DNA of 29,470 nt from a virus (lineage: Duplodnaviria; Caudoviricetes): positions 1 to 29,470 of IMG/VR virus record IMGVR_UViG_3300037461_000489; one strand, 5' to 3'. The notes under the pieces were generated by a model. The model searched no databases and was not told where the DNA came from. It saw only the letters and a list, made by a program, of their open reading frames with translations. Position numbers and translations under genes: made by a program. This document shows, piece after piece, positions 1-10,288 of the stretch. Numbering within the stretch: position 1 is the first letter of the stretch; the number at the start of each line of letters is the position of its first letter.

Positions 1-18
1 CGCGCCATAGGTCGACCA

Positions 19-38
19 CGCGGCCACGGCCCCAATCC
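19..38 (-). repeat. Copy of intergenic GGATTGGGGCCGTGGCCGCG motif
   Basis: Exact 20-bp match to 16714-16733. Confidence 0.9.
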
Positions 39-39
39 A

Positions 40-79
40 CAAGAGATAGGGAGGGGTCTCTCGTCCCCCTCCCCTCTTG
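40..79 (-). terminator. Hairpin/terminator downstream of the major capsid gene
   Basis: GGGAGGGG (49-56) pairs with CCCCTCCC (66-73), extended by CAAGAG/CTCTTG; lies 13 bp past the capsid stop; U-tail is weak. Confidence 0.6.
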
Positions 80-92
80 CTTCCCCTGCGGC

Positions 93-1316
93 TTACAGGT
101 TATCCCCGTAAATGCCGCCGCTCACCGCCACCTCGCCCCTCACCGTCCACTTGGGCACGATGGCAAACCCGCCGACCCAATACCACGAGTGATTGAGGAA
201 CCGCTCCGGGATCACGGTGTTCGAGTAGTCGACCCGCGCCTGCCCGTTCTTCCCGATTTCGCTCGCGAACCGCCCTCGGATCGACGCCGGCCCCACCACC
301 GGGATTGCCGCCACGGTCGCGGCCTCCGTTACGCTGGACCCACTCGCATGTGCGTACTTCAGACCGAAGTTGCTCAGCTTGTTCCCCGCGCCACGGACCG
401 TCAAATCGGTGCCGCTCACCGCAGTGATCAACACCATCTCCTCGGTGCTGGTACCCTTCCCCAGCGTGATCCAATCCCCAGCCGCCAGACCGCTCGCGCT
501 CGTGACGGCGATCGCCGTTGCCGCTGCTGCCGCGTCTGCACTCGTGGTCGTTGCGGCCTGCGCCGTGGTGCCGCCGCTCAACCACAGCTTCCCATAGGGA
601 TGCAGCACGAACCGCAGGCCCGCGATCATCCCCTGCTCGTTGCGGAAACGCCCGCCGCTTCCCAGAACACCGGACTTCCCCGTGTAGATCAGCTTCGGAT
701 CGCTGTACTCGCCCACAGCCTTCCACTCGGCCAGGTTCTGCAAGTCACGCATCAGGAGCGGATGGATCACGGCGGCATAGCTCCCGTCCTCGAACGAGGG
801 CACGCCCATGCTCGCTGCCACCGCCACCAACTGAGTGACGAAGTCGTAGCTTACCTTGTCGTTGGTCGTATCCAGATCAGTCCGCGCTGCGCACGTGCCC
901 GGATACACCACCATCGAGCCGGCAACGGCTGCCGCGCGGATCACCAGATCCAACGATCGCGCCTGGTTCTGCCCCACGGCCTCCGCTGCCATCCGCGTCG
1001 GATTCGTGAACGACGTCAGTCCGAGATACTTGGTAGTCTGTACCGCGTTCCCGTACTCCACGATCGTGATGCTGTGAGTGTCGTCGTCCATCTCTACCGG
1101 CGTCACATCCGATGTTTCAGACAGCGCCGTAGTTGCCGGCGCCAGTTGCTCCAGCACCGCCTGCGCCACGCTCGATCCCCGGAGCGCTCCGCCCACAGGG
1201 TCCAGCCAATTGACCATATCGAACCACACGCGGCCCGCCATGAACGCGGTCAGATAGGCCTTGTCGTAGGCCGCCGCCACGCTGTTCGACATTGCACTCG
1301 TACCAGTTACTGCCAC
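93..1316 (-). CDS. Major capsid protein (HK97 fold, N4-gp56-like) with inserted beta domain
   Basis: AGGAGG RBS and GTG start; motifs ALSETSDVTP, ITIVEYGNAV, VGQNQARSLD, YAAVIHP..RDL, EQGMIAGLRFV; follows the scaffold gene. Confidence 0.88.
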   Translation of the reverse strand: MAVTGTSAMSNSVAAAYDKAYLTAFMAGRVWFDMVNWLDPVGGALRGSSVAQAVLEQLAPATTALSETSDVTPVEMDDDTHSITIVEYGNAVQTTKYLGLTSFTNPTRMAAEAVGQNQARSLDLVIRAAAVAGSMVVYPGTCAARTDLDTTNDKVSYDFVTQLVAVAASMGVPSFEDGSYAAVIHPLLMRDLQNLAEWKAVGEYSDPKLIYTGKSGVLGSGGRFRNEQGMIAGLRFVLHPYGKLWLSGGTTAQAATTTSADAAAAATAIAVTSASGLAAGDWITLGKGTSTEEMVLITAVSGTDLTVRGAGNKLSNFGLKYAHASGSSVTEAATVAAIPVVGPASIRGRFASEIGKNGQARVDYSNTVIPERFLNHSWYWVGGFAIVPKWTVRGEVAVSGGIYGDNL

Positions 1317-1326
1317 TCCAAACCTC

Positions 1327-2121
1327 CTAGCTGTTTACCAGCCTGTCTATGAGTTGGCCGATACGGTCGATCTCGCGGGTGTCGCCATCCGCAACCGCCC
1401 GGTTGTACGCTACCATGAGCGCTTCAGGCGTTCCCGCCCCCTGCGCCCCGCGCCCCGCGCCCGGCTGTGCGGCTGCCACGTTTCCCCGCCCCGCCCGCTG
1501 GCCTGATTGTCCATTCTGCGCTTGCTGGCGCTGTCCTGCCCGTTGAGCTATCTCGTCGACGCGCTTGTACCACGCAGGCCAGCCCTGCGCAGTTCTCAGA
1601 TACTCCGCGTCCTGTGGGCTTAGAACGTCCGGAGACCCCAACCGCATCGTCAGATAGCTCTCGGCCGCGACGTAATCGGCGCCTTGCTGCGTCTGCGCTG
1701 CTGGTTGTCCTGCCGGTGAACCCTCTGGCTGCGTCTGATAGGATCCCTGATCGCGGTCGGTCAGTGCGTCTAGTCGCAGGCGCGTTCGCACCTGCTCGTA
1801 GTCCTGCCCCAGATAGTCCTTCAGCCCTGCCACCGTCTTGTCAACCTGCTCCAGCCGCGTTTGCTGCTCCCGCGTCAATCTCGCCGTAGCCCGGTCCGAA
1901 AACGACTGCACTCGCCTCTCGATAACTCCATCGAGGTCCTGGCTCATCGCCGCCAGTCGGCGCTCGACGGCTCGCTCGATAGCCTTCTCGATCTGCGCAT
2001 CAATCGCTTCCGTCGAACCCTCAGCCTGACCGTCTGGCGTGGTCTCGCTGCCCGGCAAACCCGCGCCCGCCTGGTCGTCCAGTCCACTCTCGTCCGGCTG
2101 TTGATCCTGTCCCAACACCAT
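1327..2121 (-). CDS. Putative capsid scaffolding protein
   Basis: Acidic disordered N-terminus, coiled coil, short C-terminal helix; AGGAGG RBS; directly upstream of the capsid gene. Confidence 0.7.
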   Translation of the reverse strand: MVLGQDQQPDESGLDDQAGAGLPGSETTPDGQAEGSTEAIDAQIEKAIERAVERRLAAMSQDLDGVIERRVQSFSDRATARLTREQQTRLEQVDKTVAGLKDYLGQDYEQVRTRLRLDALTDRDQGSYQTQPEGSPAGQPAAQTQQGADYVAAESYLTMRLGSPDVLSPQDAEYLRTAQGWPAWYKRVDEIAQRAGQRQQAQNGQSGQRAGRGNVAAAQPGAGRGAQGAGTPEALMVAYNRAVADGDTREIDRIGQLIDRLVNS

Positions 2122-2141
2122 TACTGACCTCCTGTCTCGGA

Positions 2142-5100
2142 TTACTTGCTACTCCACTTGCGCCTCGGCGCTGCCGGATTCCCCGTCCGCGTCTGGAAGG
2201 CGTCCCTGAGTTTCCCCAGGAACTCCTCCACGCTGCCGCCGAACCCGAGCGCCGCCATCACCCGCTGCAACTCGGCCAACGCGCCTGGCTCCAGCGCCTG
2301 GCCTCGCAGGTAGTACGCGGAAAGTAATCTGCGTAGGCTCCCGCTCATCACCCGCGCCAGTCGCGCCCAGTCTGCCCCGTCTCCTGATTGCCAGTTGGTC
2401 TGTCCTCCGGCCCTCGAGGACCACCCGCCCCCGCTATAACGAGGCCTCGCCGTTGCCTTCTTCGCTCCCTGCGCCGGAGGGCGTGGAGTCCGATTGGGGC
2501 TTTCCCCTCCGGAGCTGGAGCTGCGTCCCCGCCCCAATAGCTGTAGTCGCTCAGGAGCGTTCTCCTCCAGCCATGCTCTCAGCACTGCCGCCGCCTGTGC
2601 GTATTGCTCTGCTGTCGCCGTGGGTCGGCTCTGCTTCGAGACGATCAACGCCACGAGGGGGTGCCCCTTCGTCTCTCGCCACTCCACCCGTTCTGGTAAC
2701 GCCTTATAGACGTCCCAGAACGCCTCGCGCTCCGTGTTCAGCGCCTCGCGTTCCTCGTACGCTCGCTTCTCCTCTGGCGTCATACGGGCCATCCACACCT
2801 CCCGCATGGTAGGCATGCGCAAGCTCCGCGCCGCCGCGTCGATCTCCTCCCGCGTGAACCGGTCTCCGTACAGCGCCATTACCCGGCGGATCATCTCCGG
2901 TCGTGTCGGCGCATTCCCCTCCTCCACAAACCGCTGCCACGCTGCATCTCGCTGTGCGTACCGCTCCTCCCTCACACTTCGAGGGAGTCTGTCGCTCACA
3001 TCCGGCCCTGCCGCCTGTCGATACGCCTCCCACTGCCCCGCGTACCACTCGCGGTAAGCGCTCTGCAACGCCTCGGCCAGCGTGTCGTTCTCGCGCCAGT
3101 AATCTCGTAATTGCTCCTCCGTTACCTGTCCAGCTTGTGGAGCGATCTGGGTGAGTCCATCCGGCAACGCCACACCGGCGCCCGCAAGGTCTCCACGCTT
3201 CATCGCGAGCCAGAAAGCCCGCTTCTCTGCGTCAGTCTCCAGCATCCGGTATGCGTCGCTCACCGCCTGCATTGCCGCCTCGCGCGCCTGTTCCCGGGCC
3301 TCCGCCGGCGTGCTGCCATACAGCGGCGTCCACGCCTCTTGGGTACCGATCGCATCGCCGCCGGTAGCCCGGGCTGCCCCAAACAACCGCGTCCTCTCCG
3401 CCTCCAGCTCCTCGGCTGTTGTCCCCCGCACCGTCCGCAAGTCCGCATCTGCGATACCCTGCTCAGCTAACGCCGCCATCTGGTTCACCGCCATCTGCGC
3501 CTGCGCTGCGTCTCGCGTCTGCCGATATGCCAGTGTCGCTCGAGCGTCGGCTGGCGTCCAGTCCGCATCCGGCGTCAGCTCACCTGGGATAAACGCCCCT
3601 GTCGCGCTGCGTCCGTACAACTCCGGGTGCGCATCTCTGAACGTCTCGTACGCCTCCCTACTGCCCATCCGCGTCAGCTTGTTGTAAGCCTGCGCCCGTC
3701 CCTCTCGTGCCATTTCCACCGCTTGACGCTCGCCCTGCGGGTAGATCCGCGCCGTCACACCGGCCAGCCCGCCAGTTAGCGCCGGGACGGCTTGCTCCTG
3801 CTGCGCGCGTAGCCACGCGCCGCGCAGTCGCTCCATAGCCCGCGCCACGTCCTCCGGTGACCAGCCAGCCGCCTGTGCAATGCGTGCCAAATTCGCTGCA
3901 TCCGCAGCACTGGGGTCGGGTCTCACCACGCCCGGCGTCAGTTCCCCCGTCGCAATCCGCCGCATGATCTCCTGCGCTAGGAGTCCATCCATGACCGGCG
4001 TCTCTCCCGCTGCCATCGCGTTCGAGAGCTGCCGCGCGATTCGATAGCTATCCCACGCCTTCAATTCCGGCTGCCTCTGGAACCACCCCGGTACCGGCCC
4101 TTCTTCCGGTCGCCGCGTCGCCGCGCGCACAGCCTGCACCATCCGCGCCTGCGGCGTGCCCGACAACAAGCTCTGCCACCCTTGCGCCTCGCCCGGAGCC
4201 TGCGGATCACCGATCACGCCTGCCTTCGTCAGTCCCATCTCGAGGAAGCCATAGGGCTTAAATCCATACCGCTGCATCGTGCGGTACAGATAGTCCACCA
4301 TGTTTCGCGCCTCTGCCGGATCGCTGTAGTCCTCTGGCTCGAACGTCGCGAACGGAAACAGTATCTGACCCGGGTCGATGAACACGCTCCCGCCCATCCA
4401 GCCCGGCGTCTGAATCGGGATTTCGATAGCTCCGCTGAACCGCTGCCGATACCCCTTCCGCTCGTTTTCCCGCTGTAACGCGCTGCGGACCCGGGTATAG
4501 CTCGCTAGTATCCCCGGCCTCTGGGCCAGCCGCGCCGCCCAGTTCCGCGCGCTCCGTGTTTGCCAATAGTGATAGGGCGTCACCAATGCCAACCACGTAT
4601 CGAATCGTCGCCGCTGGCTATAGTCCAGCAACGCCACATCGGCCATTTCTCGCGCCGTCTCCACAGCCACAGGTCGTATCTGCCGCCAGTGCCGATCGAG
4701 GTCTGTCCTCAGCCACGTGTCCAGCCGTCGCTCCACCCAGGGCGCTGTGCGCTGCTGCCTCAGTTGCGCAATATTGTCCCACTGCTGCTGGAGCGTCGTC
4801 CGCGCCCGCTGCAACAGACGCTTCTGACGCTCTGCCTCGAGCGAGGCCATCTCTCCGAGCGTCGGAGGTTGCACCGCCCCCGCTGCCAATGCCTCCAACT
4901 CCTCTCGTTCCTGCGGCGTTGGCCCGCCCGCCTGCTCCGCCCACGCCGTCAACAGCTTTTGCGATTCGCCGTCGGCTCGCGCTGCCGTCGCCAACGCATC
5001 CACCGTATCCGGGTCTTCTCCCGCTGCCAGCAACCGTGTCGCAGCCTCGTCGATTTCATTTCCGAACGGTATCGGCTCTATGCTCTCGAAGTCGAACACG

Positions 5101-8100
5101 TCCGGGACCTGTCCCACATCGATAGCGCTGGCAGCTCTCGTCTGATCCACTAAGATCGCCCACGTCTGCGGATCTGCCGCTGCCTGCGCTAGGTCCGCAT
5201 CAGTAAACCCCGCGCCTCTCAACAGGATCTCGTCCGCCCGCTGCTGGGCTTGCTGCGCGATCTCTAGCCACGCATACCCCGGCGCCGTATGCAGATCGTC
5301 CACGTTGCCCATCACCGCCGCGAAACGCTGCAACCCAGCCTGCCCCTGCGCCGCTGCGAGGATGCGCGCTCTCCGCTCCGGGCTTAGCCCGTCGATAGTT
5401 GCAGCCTCGCCGCTCTTCCGAGTCAGCAGATCACCACTCCCGATCTCCCTGAGTAGCTTCGTTCTCTGCTCCAGGCTCAACGCATCGACTTCCTGTGGGG
5501 TCAGGCCCGCCCGCCGAAGGACGTCGCCCACCACCTCGTGCGTCATTGATCGAGCGTCCTTCGCTATCTCACGCTCCCGCGCCGTCCGCTGCGCCCGGCT
5601 CATTCGCCCCTCGCGCGTGTACACCTCACGGTACTCTCCGGTGCGCCAGTCCGGCATCGTCGTCGGCGTATCCGCGCGGGTTAATCCCGCCTCTTGCGCC
5701 ACCTTGATCTGCCGCGCATACTCGTCCGCGTTGTGCAGTATCTCGTCTCCCCGCGCCTCAGCGATGTCTGCCAACCGCTGCCAATCCGCCTCCGTCTCCC
5801 CCACCCCAAAGGCCTTGGCCGCATCTTCCAATGTCAGCGGCAAATAAGCCGCCGGCAATCCCTCGCCGCGCCAGAGCGCGTCCTGCAAGCGTCGCGCCTC
5901 TCTCAGCGCGTCGGCTGGGTTCTCGAACGCTGCCCGCTCCATCACCTGTCCCCCACCCAACAACTCAACCACATACAGGCTCCCGGCTTTCCTGCCCTGC
6001 ACGTGCGTCGCGCCCTCCGGGATCCGCGCTATCGTTCGACTGATCTCCCCTGCCTCGTACATCAGCTCAGCCCGAGTCTTGGCTGTCATCGCCACGTCGC
6101 TCAACCGCTCCGACCCTGCCAACATCCGCTGCGCGTATGCCGGATCGATCGCGATCTGCTGCCGTATCGCGTCTGCTACGGCCAGTCCCGCACGTGCATC
6201 GTCGTTTGTATACACGTACGCCCGCGCTGGATCAGCCAAGCGCCGCCATAGCTCCGCTTTCCGCTCCGCTGCGCGCGCCACAGCATCCCACTCCCGCGCC
6301 GTATACCGCGCCGGATCGTCGCCCAAACCTAGGTCGCTCGCCACCTTTCCGAGCGTCCATTCCTCGATCTGCTCCAGCGCCGTCACCGGCCCCTGCAACA
6401 CCGGATCCCACCTCACCTTATCGCGCAACACCACAGATGCCGTCTCCGGGTTCAGTGAGCGGGCTGCCGCCTCCGGCCATCCCAGTTCCAGCAAGAAGGT
6501 CTGCCGCGCTGTCTCTCCGATCGGTAACCGCAACAGATCCCGCCGTAGCGTATCGTAGCGGTTCGCCTGGCGCCGGAAGCTCTCCAGCCACTTCTGGTTT
6601 TGGAACAAGGCAAACTCCTTGTACTCCATCCGCTTCTGTTGCCACGCCAACCGCGCCGCCTCCACCTCTGCCGCCGTCACCGCCCCGATCTTCTGCGCGT
6701 CGTCCTCCGCTTGCGCTGCTAGATCCAGCGCATCGCGGCTCGGGTTCACCAGCGCCGTTCTCCACGCTTCCTGCTGCGCCAGATCAACCGTCAGCCGGTT
6801 CCCCTCCAGCATCTCCCCAAAGGCCTTCGTCGCGTCGTCGATGTCCTCCACCCTTAGCCGTCGCGCCTGCCGCTGGCTCAGCTCCTCCAGCACAGCCCGA
6901 TAGCGCGCCACCTGCTCCTGCACCAGGTCGGGCCTGCGTACCAACCGCCCCTCCGCCAATCGCTGCGCCGCGTCATCCAGCAGCGTCATCGCCTCCGCGT
7001 TCTGCTTCCGCCAGATCGCCGCCACTTGCGCGCGATTCTCCTGCCACAGCCTATCCACCAACGCACGGGTCTGCGGACCTTCGCCGGCCCGCTTCGCTTC
7101 CGTCACCGCCGCCCACGTCGCCCGATTGACCTCGTCCGCCAGCCCCCGAGCGGTGGCTTTCGTCGCGTTCGTATCCACCCGGACCTGCCGCATCAGCTCC
7201 AGCGCGTCACCCTGGCTCACACCCTGTCTCTCTATCGCGGCGATGGCGTCCTGCATCAACATGGCCTCCGCCTGCGCCTCCGTAGCGTCGAGACTCTGTC
7301 TCAGCGCAAACATCTCAGCCGCCGCGTCGGCGGCCGTCGCATCGTCGACGCCCGCTGCTGCGGCAAGTCTAGTGCTGCTAGCTGCGGCCTCTGCTGCATC
7401 CTGCGCTGCCTCCGCATCTGTCCACATCCGCCTCACGCTAGGCAACGGCGCTCCAGACAGGGTCTCCCCCAGATCGAGGTCGAGTTGCTTCTCCACACCC
7501 GAGATCGCCGCCAACACCTCGTCGAGGCTCCCTGCCGTTCGCGTCTGCTCGTCCAGCCGCCTCAGCACCTCGACGCTCACGCTGTCCAGGTCTTCACCCA
7601 ACAGCGCCCGCCAGTCTACCAGGCCCAACGGGCCAGGATTACCTAGCAGGCTCCGAGCCGCGTCGATTCGCTCCTGCGTCGTGTAGGTCGTCCGGAGCGC
7701 CTGCTCCAGCGCCCGCGTTCGCATTGGCCCGAGCTGCTCCGCAATCTCTGCCGGAATCGTGGGTGACCACACCTGCCCTAGCGCTCGCTTCAGCGCCGCG
7801 TAGAATCCCCGCGCGTAGCGCGTTTCCTCGCCCAAGATAGTCCGCTTGCCGAGTATCGTTCCCTTGCTTACCACCTCGCCCATCTGGTTCGACAGTCCAC
7901 TGACCACGTCGCCGATCTTCTGCCCCAGCACGCTCTGCGTCAGCTGGCCCAACACGCTCGTCTTCCCCGCCTGGAGCGCCTGGGTACCCGTGATGCCTCC
8001 CCTCAGTGCGTCGGCAACTCGCGGCGTCGTCGGCCCAAACCGGCCATAGAACCCGCTCACCGTGTCCCAGTTGTCGAACGTGTTGATCCCGTCGTAGGCC

Positions 8101-10094
8101 ATCGTCACCACGTCGCCGGTCGTGTTACGCACCACGTACCCCGGCGTTCGTAGATAGAACTCGCTCATCAGGCTTTTGAACCCCTGCGACCACGTCCGAT
8201 ATGCGTCCACCAATCTCCCGCTCGAAGGAACCTCCTGCGCGAACGCCTTAGTGATCGCGCCGTCCAGATCGCTCAAAAAATGCACAGGGTTGTACACCTT
8301 GGCCTGCACACTCGGCAGTGCGTCCAGTTGGTCAGCCACCCGAGCCAGCACACTCCGCGCCCGCTGCGTCCCCGCCCACTGCGCCGCCGCCCCGATCACC
8401 GGCGACAGGCTCTGTGGGTCCTGCACTAGCCGCCGGATCGTCGACGCCGCCTCCGCGCCCGTCTGTGCCTCGTTCGTCAGCGTCCCCACCAATACTGCCG
8501 TCTCGTCTGCGGCCCGCCTCACACGGGCCTCGTCCGTCAGCGCCGCTGGGTTGATCCTGTCCCACATCTGCCGCAACCAACCCCGCGCCTGCGGCGGAGT
8601 CGCAGCCTCCGCCGCTGCCTGCACCGCTGCCTGCGGGATTGCGTCTTGTCCCTGCGCCGCAATCTGCCCGATTGCGTCTCCCGTTTGGGTCGGGATCCGC
8701 GTCGCCGGTGCCAGGCCTGCGGCCCCAATCGGCTCAGCCGCCGCTACAGACGGAATCGGCGGCGGCGTCCGCGCGATCTGCTCCCCCGCCTGCTGTATCG
8801 CCCCCTGTGGCGCAATCCGCTGAATTGCGGCGCCCGCCTCCACCGCTCCTGCCGCCTTCGCCGCATCCGCCGCCACGTCAGCCGCACGAGCCGCAGCTGC
8901 CGGAACGTCCGCCACCACCGCGCCTTGCCGCAACCGCTGCGCTGCACGGCTGATCCCCTGCGCCACTCGCCCAGTACCCCTCACCACATCAGCGACATTG
9001 GTCGGGTCCAACAGTATCTGTCCCGCCATCTCCCGCCAAATGTCCATCTCTCCCGGTATCTGCCCGGTCTCCTGCACCTGCGCCAAAGCTGCCTGCAACG
9101 CAGTCGGTGCATCCTGCCCCGTTCGTCCCGCCGTCACCTGAACGCTGGTCAGGTACCGCGTCAGCGCGCTATAATCTGCGTCCGTCGGCTCGGCCATATT
9201 CAGCGTGTAGCCCTGCGCTGCCTGCCGCCCGTCCTCGCCAGCGAGGATCCGCCGCGCGGTTCTTAGCGTCGCCTGTGGCCCGCTGAACCACATACGCCCG
9301 GCCTCCCACATCGCCTCGTCCACCCGCTCCGGCGTGTTGCCTTCCGAGATCAACACGTCCCGCACAGTTGTCCCCGGAGCGATCCCCTCGATACCCTCAG
9401 GCTGCTTCACGTACTGATCCAGCCCCATCCAGCTCCGCCCGCTCGTGTTCACCGGCGGCGCAGCTGCCAGCTTATGCATCGAGGCCGTGGCGAGGAGGTT
9501 CTCAGTCAGATTCCCAGGCACCTGCAACAGCCCCATCCCCGTCCGCGCCGTTGCCTCCGCCACCCTCGGCAACACCCCCAGCCACGGTACCTGCTTCACG
9601 TCGTGCCATGCGGCGCCCGCCAGCCGAGCCACATCTCCCAGCCGCTGCACGTTCTCCGCTACCGTCTGCGGCTGCGCGAACCCTAGCGGCGCCACGTCCG
9701 GCGTTGCTGCGCGCTCCTGCTCTCGCTCCACCGCTGCCGCCCACGCATCCGGCAACCGTGTCGCGCTTGGTGTCGGAGTAACTACCTCCTTCCACGCTTC
9801 GCGAGTGTCGCGGAAAAAATCCTCAGTCGCCGGTAACCAACCCTGCCGGATCTGGCGCTCTGCCTCGGCTGCCGGGCGTGATCCGCTATCCGTCCGCACT
9901 AGCGTCGGCAACATCGGACGCCACGTCTGCCGCTCCTCCGGTGCAATGCCGGCTTGCTCTCTCCTGACTGGCGCTGCATTGCGCTCCTGTGGCAACAGCT
10001 GCTCCAGATTCAGCCGCACACCCTGCTGCGCCTGGCGCTCCGCAATCTGCCGCATTCGGTTCAGTAGATCGCTATCCTGCCACCACCGCGCCAT
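2142..10094 (-). CDS. Giant (~2650 aa) internal virion/DNA ejection protein
   Basis: Start moved to ATG 10094 (AGGAGG RBS); Ala/Arg/Gln-rich helical; motifs LRTPGYVVRN and ALLDYS...LVTPYHYW resemble podoviral ejection/large polyvalent proteins. Confidence 0.65.
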   Translation of the reverse strand: MARWWQDSDLLNRMRQIAERQAQQGVRLNLEQLLPQERNAAPVRREQAGIAPEERQTWRPMLPTLVRTDSGSRPAAEAERQIRQGWLPATEDFFRDTREAWKEVVTPTPSATRLPDAWAAAVEREQERAATPDVAPLGFAQPQTVAENVQRLGDVARLAGAAWHDVKQVPWLGVLPRVAEATARTGMGLLQVPGNLTENLLATASMHKLAAAPPVNTSGRSWMGLDQYVKQPEGIEGIAPGTTVRDVLISEGNTPERVDEAMWEAGRMWFSGPQATLRTARRILAGEDGRQAAQGYTLNMAEPTDADYSALTRYLTSVQVTAGRTGQDAPTALQAALAQVQETGQIPGEMDIWREMAGQILLDPTNVADVVRGTGRVAQGISRAAQRLRQGAVVADVPAAAARAADVAADAAKAAGAVEAGAAIQRIAPQGAIQQAGEQIARTPPPIPSVAAAEPIGAAGLAPATRIPTQTGDAIGQIAAQGQDAIPQAAVQAAAEAATPPQARGWLRQMWDRINPAALTDEARVRRAADETAVLVGTLTNEAQTGAEAASTIRRLVQDPQSLSPVIGAAAQWAGTQRARSVLARVADQLDALPSVQAKVYNPVHFLSDLDGAITKAFAQEVPSSGRLVDAYRTWSQGFKSLMSEFYLRTPGYVVRNTTGDVVTMAYDGINTFDNWDTVSGFYGRFGPTTPRVADALRGGITGTQALQAGKTSVLGQLTQSVLGQKIGDVVSGLSNQMGEVVSKGTILGKRTILGEETRYARGFYAALKRALGQVWSPTIPAEIAEQLGPMRTRALEQALRTTYTTQERIDAARSLLGNPGPLGLVDWRALLGEDLDSVSVEVLRRLDEQTRTAGSLDEVLAAISGVEKQLDLDLGETLSGAPLPSVRRMWTDAEAAQDAAEAAASSTRLAAAAGVDDATAADAAAEMFALRQSLDATEAQAEAMLMQDAIAAIERQGVSQGDALELMRQVRVDTNATKATARGLADEVNRATWAAVTEAKRAGEGPQTRALVDRLWQENRAQVAAIWRKQNAEAMTLLDDAAQRLAEGRLVRRPDLVQEQVARYRAVLEELSQRQARRLRVEDIDDATKAFGEMLEGNRLTVDLAQQEAWRTALVNPSRDALDLAAQAEDDAQKIGAVTAAEVEAARLAWQQKRMEYKEFALFQNQKWLESFRRQANRYDTLRRDLLRLPIGETARQTFLLELGWPEAAARSLNPETASVVLRDKVRWDPVLQGPVTALEQIEEWTLGKVASDLGLGDDPARYTAREWDAVARAAERKAELWRRLADPARAYVYTNDDARAGLAVADAIRQQIAIDPAYAQRMLAGSERLSDVAMTAKTRAELMYEAGEISRTIARIPEGATHVQGRKAGSLYVVELLGGGQVMERAAFENPADALREARRLQDALWRGEGLPAAYLPLTLEDAAKAFGVGETEADWQRLADIAEARGDEILHNADEYARQIKVAQEAGLTRADTPTTMPDWRTGEYREVYTREGRMSRAQRTAREREIAKDARSMTHEVVGDVLRRAGLTPQEVDALSLEQRTKLLREIGSGDLLTRKSGEAATIDGLSPERRARILAAAQGQAGLQRFAAVMGNVDDLHTAPGYAWLEIAQQAQQRADEILLRGAGFTDADLAQAAADPQTWAILVDQTRAASAIDVGQVPDVFDFESIEPIPFGNEIDEAATRLLAAGEDPDTVDALATAARADGESQKLLTAWAEQAGGPTPQEREELEALAAGAVQPPTLGEMASLEAERQKRLLQRARTTLQQQWDNIAQLRQQRTAPWVERRLDTWLRTDLDRHWRQIRPVAVETAREMADVALLDYSQRRRFDTWLALVTPYHYWQTRSARNWAARLAQRPGILASYTRVRSALQRENERKGYRQRFSGAIEIPIQTPGWMGGSVFIDPGQILFPFATFEPEDYSDPAEARNMVDYLYRTMQRYGFKPYGFLEMGLTKAGVIGDPQAPGEAQGWQSLLSGTPQARMVQAVRAATRRPEEGPVPGWFQRQPELKAWDSYRIARQLSNAMAAGETPVMDGLLAQEIMRRIATGELTPGVVRPDPSAADAANLARIAQAAGWSPEDVARAMERLRGAWLRAQQEQAVPALTGGLAGVTARIYPQGERQAVEMAREGRAQAYNKLTRMGSREAYETFRDAHPELYGRSATGAFIPGELTPDADWTPADARATLAYRQTRDAAQAQMAVNQMAALAEQGIADADLRTVRGTTAEELEAERTRLFGAARATGGDAIGTQEAWTPLYGSTPAEAREQAREAAMQAVSDAYRMLETDAEKRAFWLAMKRGDLAGAGVALPDGLTQIAPQAGQVTEEQLRDYWRENDTLAEALQSAYREWYAGQWEAYRQAAGPDVSDRLPRSVREERYAQRDAAWQRFVEEGNAPTRPEMIRRVMALYGDRFTREEIDAAARSLRMPTMREVWMARMTPEEKRAYEEREALNTEREAFWDVYKALPERVEWRETKGHPLVALIVSKQSRPTATAEQYAQAAAVLRAWLEENAPERLQLLGRGRSSSSGGESPNRTPRPPAQGAKKATARPRYSGGGWSSRAGGQTNWQSGDGADWARLARVMSGSLRRLLSAYYLRGQALEPGALAELQRVMAALGFGGSVEEFLGKLRDAFQTRTGNPAAPRRKWSSK

Positions 10095-10102
10095 GCCGCC
10101 TC

Positions 10103-10288
10103 CTAGTCGAGATACGTCTCCGGCGCATGCAGTGCTTCCAGCCACACGGCAACCGCGATCAGCTCCCGCGTCTGCTTCTGCAAATTCTCGCGGAGCTGCC
10201 GTCGCTCGTTCAACGCCATCTGCTGCAAGCGGTCCGCCGCCAATCTTACGCGCCGCGCCATCTCTGCGGCAGTCGACGGCTCACCCAT
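10103..10288 (-). CDS. Hypothetical protein (61 aa, helical)
   Basis: TGATG overlap with the upstream stop at 10288; GAGG upstream; fills the operon gap. Confidence 0.65.
   Translation of the reverse strand: MGEPSTAAEMARRVRLAADRLQQMALNERRQLRENLQKQTRELIAVAVWLEALHAPETYLD

Noticed and set aside
1-8. Gene start ATGGCGCG on the minus strand
   Set aside because: Only 8 bp visible, no RBS, and the upstream sequence belongs to the repeat family
2142-10094. Virion RNA polymerase or tape measure protein
   Set aside because: No DxDxD or T7-like polymerase motifs recognised (VFDFES is not a match); no tail tube or chaperone genes and no periodic TM-rich repeats
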